Position numbers and translations under genes: made by a program
Assembly: GCA_951406725.2 (NCBI GenBank)
Contig: OX597818.1
Coordinates: 78,492,001-78,556,000 of the forward strand
Direction of reading: 5' to 3'
Source of the DNA: Octopus vulgaris
Lineage: Eukaryota
DNA length: 64,000 bases
Part shown: positions 53,925 to 64,000 of the stretch, in pieces
How the letters are laid out: each line of letters starts with the position of its first letter
How positions within the stretch are numbered: position 1 is the stretch's first letter
The notes under the pieces: generated by a model
The model's input: only the letters and a program-made list of their open reading frames with translations
Told to the model about the DNA's origin: nothing
Database searches by the model: none

Positions 53925-54575
53925 ATATAAATATAAACTTGTTACCAGTTCAAATACGTTTGAGACATTTTCGAACCCGCAAGAAGGACATTCACTGCAT
54001 TTTGTCATGGAAAAATATTCGCGCTGTAGACAAAATGGAGTAAATACACCAGATCAGTTTGAGCGCCCTCTATCCAGAGTGATGGATACATGCATTTCAA
54101 AGTAGTTATCTTCACATCAGTATTGGATTCTATAAAAGAGAGACAACTCTGAATTGACTACAAGAGTAAGTCTCTCTTATCAGATTTCAGTCAAAATACT
54201 TTAAATGGTGACACTAACCGGTTGCCCACTGTAGTAAAATACAGATTAGAAGTCCTAAACAATTATTTATATAAATATAAGCTTGTTATCAGTTCAAATA
54301 TGTTTGAGACATATTCTTAGGTTATTCACTTCATTTTGTCATAGAGAAATATTATCGCTATAAGCAAAAAGGTGTACACACACAATGCATCCATCGATCT
54401 GGATAGAGAGCGCTCTGAACTGATCGGGTGTTTTTACGCCTATGTCTACAGCGAGAATATTTCTCCTTGACAAAATATAGTGAAAAGCCTTCTTACGGAT
54501 TCAAACCTTATCTCAAACATATTTGAACTGGTAGCAAGTTTATTATTTATATAAATCACAGCTTAGCACTTCTAA
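53925..54575. repeat. Foldback MITE-like element (54245-54575) with an upstream partial copy (53925-54090)
   Basis: Ends ATTAGAAGTCCTAA / TTAGCACTTCTAAT; the arm CAGTTCAAATATGTTTGAGA occurs twice direct and once inverted. Confidence 0.7.
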
Positions 54576-54965
54576 TCAATATTCTAAACTATATAGTTAT
54601 ACATCAAACGTACTAGGAAATATATGTTATTTACAGTAATGTAATGTGCAACAATTTCTATTAAACAGAAATTGTAACACCTTACACAGTAACCCTTCAA
54701 ATCTCTGGCCTGGTGTCTAAATTAGAAATTCTTATTATTGCTGTTTAGGTTAAGAGTAGTTCAGAAAAGAACCCTTCCAGCCGTAACTATCCCATTTTAT
54801 GTTATTTTTTTTTTTTTTGTTTTTATCATTGGACTGCAGCCATGGTGGGACACCACCTTAGAGGATTATTACACCAAAATTATCATTAGTCGATAGTTCT
54901 TTATACAAAAACGATTACTAGAGTATAGTTATTTAGATGTTTTTACATTTTTTGCTTGAGATTCT

Positions 54966-55078
54966 ATAGACAAAATGTCTTTAGACTATAGTGTATTTAT
55001 ACAAAAGTCATTTTAGACCAAAGTTCTTTAGACCATAGCGCATTAGACCGAAGTGTCTAAGACAAAATGTCCTAGATC
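54966..55078. repeat. Degenerate ~15-bp minisatellite (TAGACnAAAgTgTct) inside a minus-strand SINE B
   Basis: About seven diverged units; SINE halves at 54820-54860 and 55090-55245. Confidence 0.65.
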
Positions 55079-55656
55079 TATATATATATGTATGATGGGC
55101 TTCCTTCAGTTTCCGTTAACTAGATCTACTCACAAGAATTCGGTCGGCTCGAAGCTATAATAGAAGACACTTGTCCAAGGTGCCATGCAGTGGGATTGAC
55201 CCCAAAACAATGGGGTGGGGAAGCAAACTTCTTATCACACAGCCACTATATTATCAAATGAATCCTTTCATTTTTAGGTCGGTGAGTTTTGAGCTGTTAT
55301 TTAACAGCTATATCTTTCCGGTCAATGACTCAGTAGAAGCTCTTTCATTACCTTGAATTCAAATTTGCTACGTCAACATAAGTGAATGACCGCTTAGTAA
55401 ATACCATCAAATCAGCTGCATAACCTGATATAAAAATCAATAGCTTATTCTCAGTACATTGACTTCTCTTGGTTTTCTCTCTACAATTAACAATTGCCTC
55501 AGGATAATTGTGAGATTCTTTAGTTTACCACACCTCAAAATAAGAATCTTACTCATGCCTACATGATTAGCTTCATCTACACCTATTCCATATATACAGG
55601 AATTTGTCAAAATAATGGAAGCACCATTTTATTTGGTGATTTTTTTTCTGTTAGAG

Positions 55657-56105
<449 letters not shown>

Positions 56106-56329
56106 GATTTTTAAAAAATTGTCAATATGACAAATTCATAGCCGCTCTAGTCTGTATATATGTGTCTATATGCATTATGTAGGACTTGTACTTCATTATA
56201 TAACACACTATTTGTTTGTTTGTCTGTTTGCTTGCTTGCTTGTCTGTCTGTTTGTTTGTTTTTGTAGATATATTTAGAGAACTACAATGCATGACCTATC
56301 TGGTTTTCAAAGTAAAAGAAATATATTGG

Positions 56330-56925
56330 AGCATGGATGACTGGAGCTTCAGTCACTAAAACTGCTGAATTTAGAGAGGTACAGTCTCTAAAATCATGTT
56401 GGCATTCCAAAACCAAAGTAAAACTAGCTCTGACTAGCATAAGTCCGAACAGAAGGAAAAGCTTACGGAGAGGGACGTAGAATAATGAAATGTGTTTAAA
56501 ACTATCGAAGTACAACAGCAAATGCCACAGCAGAGCTAAACCACCACCTTGACAACCCTGTGTCAACCAACACCGTTCATTGTGAGCTCCATAATGTTGA
56601 TACCTTCGGAGGGGTGAAACTGCTAATCTCTCCTGCTCCTCATCAAGAAAAATGTTGCCTAGACCATCAAAAGTAGTCAATATCTCAATGGAAGAATGTC
56701 ATCTTTGATTATTCTCCCTTTACCCTCTGATTATTCTCCCTTTTTCCTCTGATTATTCTCCCTTGTTTGAAGACAGTCCAGAAAGGTCTTCTCAACCATG
56801 AATGAGTAGCTCCTACTGCGAAGCGTGGAGGTGGTTTTCTGGTGAGTTGGTCAACTATATTACTAACTTCTCTTGGCCCTTTAGTTGTTTCACATGGCAG
56901 AGTTCATAATTTTGTTCAGTCTGTG
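56330..56925 (+). mobile_element. Decayed Tc1-like transposase
   Basis: PVSTNTVHCELHN (PVSxxTVRRxL) and TAKRGGGFLVSW (TVKHGGGSVMVW); a 22-bp unit is triplicated at 56706-56763. Confidence 0.65.
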
Positions 56926-56934
56926 GAGACATGA

Positions 56935-57197
56935 CAGCTGCAGGATGTTGCCGAAACGATCATCGTGCTGAATAAAAGATTCATACTAAATCCATCTTCC
57001 GTTACCTTCATCAATTATAAACTCAACAAACACTGCGGATTTTCCGACGTAGATCCAGTGAAATTTGTATCGTAACTATGGATGACATCAGGTAGTTCAA
57101 ACGGTAAATGTGCTTTAATTAATATACTAATAAACTTTGGCCCAAAGTCTAAATAGTTACATACATACAAACATACATACATACATACATACAAACA

Positions 57198-57233
<36 letters not shown>

Positions 57234-57457
57234 TATACATGTATGTATGTATTTACATACGAATCTATCTATATATATATACATATATGTGTATGTATGT
57301 ATGTATGTATGTGTATATATATATGTATATATATATATATACATATATATATATGTATATATATACATACATACATATATATATAAATAGCTAGATGGTT
57401 AGATAGATACGTATGTATATATATATATGTATACATACACACATTCACACATACATG

Positions 57458-57508
<51 letters not shown>

Positions 57509-57765
57509 TTGTATGTATGTATGTATGTATGTACGTACGTAATTATTTGGACTTTGGCTATATGTCTATTAGTATATTAATTAAAGCACATTTACCGTTT
57601 GAACTACCTGATGTCATCCATAGTTACGATATAAATTTCACTGGATCTACGTCGGAAAATCCGCAGTGTTTGTTGAGTTTATAATTGATGAAGGTAACGG
57701 AAGATGGATTTAGTACGAATCTTTATTCAGCACGACGATCGTTTCGGCCCATCCCGCAGCTATCC
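56935..57765. repeat. ~220-bp inverted duplication around a microsatellite; Penelope pLTR-like
   Basis: 56935-57159 versus the reverse complement of 57540-57762; CCGAAACGATCGTC followed by AATAAA. Confidence 0.8.
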
Positions 57766-58232
57766 CTTAGATATTGTAAGATATTGTGCATCTAGATCTA
57801 CTGAGTTCTCCTTGGTATGTTGCTTTTGTCTGTTGCACGCGGGTACACTGAAAGAGGGTAGAATAATTTTAGGGTTATAAGTCATAAATGACACTGGCTG
57901 TAGTTGACAGTGGATATATAACATAAATTAAGGTCATAAAGGGAAGAGAATAAAACCTATCAAAGTATGTTAAAATTAAGAAGGGTGTGTATACACTCCT
58001 TCACTTGAACACGTATATAGACGTATATGCACACACGCACGCGCGCGGCCTCATATTTAGATTTCAATAAATCTTATTCCATAAGCCTTCACCGCATTTA
58101 ATAGTGTCTTCATAAATGAATCTACATCATTTTCTGTGTGTGTGTATGAGCGTGCGTGTGTGTGTGCGTGTGTGTGTGCGTGCGTGCGTGTGTGTGTGTG
58201 TGGGGGGTGTGTGTGTGTGTGTTTGTGTGTGT

Positions 58233-58278
<46 letters not shown>

Positions 58279-58778
58279 CGTGCGCTCCTCAAGCTCAAAA
58301 CAGCGTGAAACAATGGCTGAAATGAATATTAAAAAGAGTTTGCTTGTATGTTAAAGGCAAGTTACCTAGTGGTTAGCGTATCTCACTACCGCCCTCAAGT
58401 TTACGATTTCGATTCTCGGACCAGGTGGTCATTGTGTTCTTATATATATATAAAAGATAAAGCGTAAATAATGATCACTATATGTTTTTCTTGATTGTAG
58501 TAAATAACTCTTAGCCACGAGAATGCACTTATGTCAATCATAAGATAAGTGCGTTCTTGTGGTAAGTGTTTTTTTTTTACTGTTATTTCTAGCAATGCTG
58601 GTGCTAACTAGTACCCTCAGTGACTTTAGTGTCGAATGTATATATAATGATAAGGAGAAGGGAGATTTTTTACATTCATAATTTTATTTAATCGAATGAA
58701 GAGGAAACACGGCAACCGCCAGGATAGTATATCCCTTTAAACTCAGTTTTGAAATATATATATATATATATATATATG

Positions 58779-58933
<155 letters not shown>

Positions 58934-59289
58934 TATATATATATACGCACACACACAAGCATATACATATATATATATATATATACTACACCGTACAAAT
59001 CACACGCCTCCCCCACCTCACCACAACATCACACCACACCATACTACACTACACCATACAACATTACACATCATATCACAACACACCACCCACACACTCA
59101 TCCCTACATCTCCACACCCACACATACATATACACACACACGTCCAGACCACCAGCCTTCTTTCACACGCACATACAACACACACACGCACCTTTGTGTT
59201 GAGGGCTCCTTCGTATTGGAGGTCATCTTTGACCTTGTTATCTCCCCTACTTCCCCTCTCCTGTCTGACCATTCTGTCCGAAGTCAGAC

Positions 59290-59475
59290 GCCATGATAGA
59301 TCGTTAGCTACTACACACATTTTTTTCTCTCCTTGTTTTTTTCTGTGTATCTTTCTGTAGAAGAGCGTAGGCTCGAAACGTAAAAGACTTTTTCTATTCC
59401 TGAGCGCTATACTAATACATCTGTTTGTTTGTACACCACCTGCCTTCGTCTTTTGTTTATTTTCGTAAACTTTCC

Positions 59476-59478
<3 letters not shown>
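59290..59478 (+). mobile_element. Penelope pLTR-like repeat, best-preserved minimal hammerhead-like copy
   Basis: TCTTT-CTGTAGAA-GAGC-gtag-GCTC-GAAACGTA-AAAGA at 59350-59387; ends in (TA)n. Confidence 0.68.
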
Positions 59479-59555
<77 letters not shown>

Positions 59556-60599
59556 CATATATATATACATATATATATACATATATACACACACACACAC
59601 ACACTCACATATTCTAACATATACCTATTAACACACATACATATGTGTGTCTTCATAGGTATTCAGATATACATATAACTATATGCAAACTAATGTGCAG
59701 AACAGTTCTACGTTTTGTGAAACATTCCATAAAATGGATTATTTTACGTTGGTCGATACTTTTCAGGTGACGCTTGTCTAATTCGATTGTAGTAGTTTCT
59801 GAGAAAAAAATATTTCTCAATGAAATTTAGTAAGCATTAAAAAAAAATGCTTGTCGTAACACACCGAGCTTTGTAAGACGGATTTTGGAATAGTGACTTC
59901 ATTTATAAATAATAGAGAAAAGAATTCATATGAAGTAAGATACAAGCCTGGGAATACCCAATTTCAATTTCTCAGAAATTCATGACATATGAACCCCGGG
60001 GGAAGAAAAGATATAGATGACACTGATTTTGCCAGGGTGTTACATGTGGAGTATCTATAGAGTATTCGATTACTATAGAGTATTCAGTTACTCATAAATA
60101 CAATAATTAGGTTTCAGTTGTTTAAACTAGAATCCTCATTCTAAAGATCGATGAAGGATTCATTTGCAGTGTAAAGTTTTGTGTTATAGACACGCGCTCG
60201 CGCGCGCGTATATGTATGTGTATACTCTTTACTCTTTTACTTGTTTCAGTCATTTGACTGAGGCCATCCTGGAGCAAGTCGACCCCAAGACTTTATTTGT
60301 TGTAAGCCTAGTACTTATTCTATCAGTCTCGTTTGCCGAACCGCTAAGTTACGGGGACGTCAACACACTAGCATCGGTTGTCAAGCGATGTTGCACACAA
60401 ACATATACACACACTCGTTCATACATATATATATATACATATGTACGACGGGCTTCTTTCAGTTTCCGTCTACCAAATCAACTCACAAGGCTTTGGTCGG
60501 CCGAGGCTATAGTAGAAGACACTTGCCCAAGGTGCCACGCAGTGGGACTGAACCCGGAACCATGTGGTTCGTTAGCAAGCTACGTTATATATATATATA

Positions 60600-63500
60600 T
60601 CTTCTCTATATATAAAACTGAAATGCGTTTTTACCGCTTGGTTCGCTTTCAATGCCACTACATCCCGTCCGATTCGATCCAAAATTTACAGGGACATGTA
60701 GAATGAGGTGACGATGCGCGTGGGCTACCTTAGAAATCCCTATCTTAAAAGGTGTGGTTGCTAGGGGCCATCTTCCTACCTCACCCTATTTCCTCCAGTA
60801 CTCTGTCACTCCTCTTCATTTGACAATGCAACTACCCTTATTTAATGTAAAGTCTTCCTCAAATCACTCTGTCGCTATTTACTCTCTTCCAAGAACATTT
60901 TCACTCACTCTTATCTCTTACCTTCCTATACATTTTACTCATGTATCTATCAGCGTTCATGGACAGTAACAAATATTACATCGCCATCTCCATCGCCATC
61001 GCATTCTATTGTCTACCTGTCAACACACACACACACACACACATATATACATATATCTCTAATATTATATTTTTATTTTTAATGTTTTTGTTTTTGGTTT
61101 TTTACTGTTTCATTTCCCTATTAGTGGTTTTATCTCTAATTTAATTTCTACAGCGTGCACACACACACACACACACCTATATGTGGCCCCAGTAGACCCG
61201 AATGAAATCGGGTTCTCTTCATCAAAATGTGAAAAGGGGTCTAGAATTATCATCGCCACAACTTATGTTTTTCCTAATGATAATTATCATCGCCACCACC
61301 AACATGCAATCATGACAATCTTTCTCTTAAAACAAATCATGTTTACATTGCAAAATATTTCATTTTCCCGTCCTCTCTTTTATATATGTGACCCAGGTTT
61401 GGGTGGCCGCACAACTACAATTAGACAACGGCTAAAAACATTCGATGTTGATAATGCCTGGATCGTTCCATTCAACCCTTTGCTTTCCAAAACATTTAAT
61501 GCACACATTAATGTTGAGTACTGCAGTTCGGTGAGATGCATACAATACCTCTGCAAGTACATTAATAAGGGCGATGATATGGCCGTGTTTGTGTTCAGTG
61601 ATGAAGACCTTAGACATGACGAAATTAAACAATTCGTTTTCGGTAGGTATGTATCCTCCAATTATGCAGCGTGGCGCATTTTTGGATACGAGATTCATCT
61701 AAGCTCACCATCAGTTTTCCACCTGAATGTTCATTTACAGAAGAGACAGCTGGTTTACTTCACAGAGAAAAATGCACGTCAAGTCATTGAAAATCCAAAA
61801 GGGACTACGCTTACAGCATTCTTTAAATTGTGTTCAGTTGATGAGTTTGCTGCTATTCTCATTTACCCTGAAGTACCGGAATATTACACATACAACAATA
61901 ATAATTGGAAGCGCAGGTCACATGGACAGAACTTGACAATTGGCCCGGTGTTTCTAGGAAGAACGTCATTGGACGTGTGTATAATATTCATCCTACCAAA
62001 CAGGAAATCTCTTTGAGAATGCTACTTCATGTAGTTACTGGACGAAAGTCTTTTGCTGATCTTCGCACGGATGATGGTATCATCTGCGCCACTTACAGGG
62101 AAGCATGTTTGAGGTGCGGACTTCTTCTCAATGACGACCACTTACACAGGACATTAGCAGAGGCCTCAAATTGTAAACTGCCATGGCAAATGCGTCGATT
62201 GCTTTGTAGCATATTAATCCACTGTAATCCCAGCAACCCTTTTAACCTTTGGGAATCGTTCAGACAGAGCCTATCAAAGGACATACAGGCTAATTTAGCG
62301 CTACGTGATGGCAACGACGATGTTTATAATGAGGCATTAATCGACATGGACAGACACATCAGACGCTATGTTATACACGGTTTAAGTGAATTCCATCTGC
62401 CAACACCTGTCCATCATGAAGCGCCTTTGGATGTTGAATACATGTCAGAAAAAAACTACAACATTGCCGAATTGACGGAAACAAGTACGCGAGATGAACC
62501 AAGACTTTTGCTTGAACAAAGAGAGATTTATAATGAAATTATTGACAGCGTTAGATTGAACCAAGGAAAGCTTTTCTTTTTGAATGCTCCAGGTGGTACT
62601 GGTAAAACTTTCGTTATCAATTTCATTCTCGCAAAGCTGCGCGCTGAACGTCGAATTGCCATTGCATGTGCCTCAAGTGGTATTGCAGCAACACTGCTTC
62701 AAGGCGGCCGTACGGCACATAGTGCATTCAAATTGCCCATGGACATTGGAAAGAAAGATAATCCTATATGTAATATAGATCGTAGTTCCTCAAGAGCAAG
62801 ACTTCTTCGTGAATGCAGTCTTTTTATTTGGGATGAGGCTACAATGAGTAATAAGGCCATGTTTGAGGCTCTTGACAGTACTCTCCAAGATTTGCGTCAC
62901 AATACAAAAATAATGGGTGGAGCTACGTTTCTCATGGCAGGAGATTTTCGACAAACTCTTCCTGTTGTCCGAGCAGGCACTAGAGCCGATGAGGTTAATG
63001 CATGTATAAAGCATTCTTATGTGTGGCACAGTGTTATCAGTCGCCATCTTCAAACAAACATGAGAGACCACCTACGTGGTGATGTGGAGTCTGAGGCTTT
63101 CGCAAAACATCTATTAGATCTTGGTGATGGAGTTTTGCCTTTCGTTGATGATGAGCATATTCGGTTGCCTTTTGGGAATTTCGTTCCAAATGTAGAAGAA
63201 CTTATAAGAGCCGTTTTACCTGACGTCGAAGCCAACTTCCGGGATCTCGATTGGCTAAGAGCAAGAGCTATTCTATCGCCTCATAATACAACAGCTCATG
63301 CTACAAATAAACAAGTACTTGATATGAATCCTGGTGAGATAGTTTCTTTCATGTCCATCGATACAAATAAAGATGAGAATGATGCAGTCAAATATCCATC
63401 CGAGCTACTCAACAAGCTAACACCTCCGGTACTTCCACCTCATCATTTGTGTTTGAAAGTTGGTGCTCCAATCATGGTGCTCAGAAATATGGAAACGCCT

Positions 63501-64000
63501 GAAATATGCAATGGTTATTATGCGAATGGTTATTAGGAGGATTCGAAGTCATGTTATAACTGCTGAAATTTTGAGTGGACCATTTGTAGGAACAATCAAA
63601 ATGATACATAAAATGAGTATTTCACCCTCTGATGTTCCCATTCAGTTTAAACGCTTTCAATTTCCGATAAAACTATGCTTCGCGATGACAATCAACAGGT
63701 CATAGGGACAATCACTGGACATTGTAGGCATTAACCTGTCACAACCGGTTTTCAGTCATGGTCAATTGTACGTAGCCTGTTCTCGAGTTGGAAATCCACA
63801 TAAACTCTTCATTCTTGGCAATCATGAGCGCACAAGGAACGTGGTTTATCAGGAGGCTCTGACAAAAGAAAACTGATTGTAAGTCATGAAATTTTGCTTG
63901 ATTTTTTATTTTGCACCTCTTCATTATCTCTTCATTCTTGAAAATAAAGACATTAAAAAGAACATGGTTCATAAAGAACGTTGGGTTCAGATGTTTGCAA
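60600..64000 (+). mobile_element. Helitron, internally deleted, running off the window end
   Basis: A|TC-TTCTCTATATATAAAA 5' terminus at 60600 truncates a SINE head; RepHel coding remnant from about 61390; the 3' hairpin/CTRR is not in the window. Confidence 0.75.
61390..63876 (+). pseudogene. Helitron RepHel pseudogene (distal Rep region plus PIF1-family helicase)
   Basis: VDNAWIVPFNPLLSKTFNAHINVEYCSSV..YLCKYINKG, Walker A APGGTGKT, IWDEATM, GDFRQTLPV, FAMTINRS*GQSL, FSHGQLYVACSRV, NVVYQEAL. Frameshifts near 61930 and 63520, in-frame TAG at 63703-5, natural stop at 63874-6. Confidence 0.93.

Noticed and set aside
54966-55078. CRISPR-like appearance of short repeats
   Set aside because: No unique spacers, units are degenerate, the context is eukaryotic and there are no cas genes.
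61183-61389. N-terminal part of the 277-aa ORF as Helitron protein
   Set aside because: No RepHel-like motifs before about 61390; probably a chance open-frame extension.
61905-63536. Host PIF1 helicase gene
   Set aside because: Intronless, fused to Helitron Rep-region motifs, frameshifted and carrying a premature stop.

Overview
Eukaryotic, AT-rich, extremely microsatellite- and repeat-dense DNA. The SINE families and the (TA)n/(CA)n/(ATAC)n/(AAT)n load suggest an octopus or other coleoid cephalopod (inference, not searched). Nearly all ORFs in the track are microsatellite artefacts. One real gene can be assembled by hand: a six-coding-exon, + strand ETS transcription factor of the ESE (ELF3/ELF5/EHF) type (30860-39997, about 253 aa), with all splice phases consistent. 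The rest is mobile DNA: three tRNA-derived SINE groups, decayed R4/Dong-like (RLE) and RTE LINEs, Tc1/mariner, hAT and Chapaev-like remnants, foldback elements, and a frameshifted Helitron Rep/PIF1 element at the right end. The most striking signal is RNA-structural. A near-canonical type I hammerhead ribozyme caps a ~140-nt rod inside a 282-bp insert with a 12-bp direct repeat, and that insert is nested in a hAT MITE (12220-12848). In addition, about ten minimal Penelope-type hammerhead-like motifs from several unrelated repeat families are present, most sharing a non-canonical CUGUNGAA core with covarying stems. All alignments and folds were done by eye, and repeat boundaries are approximate.
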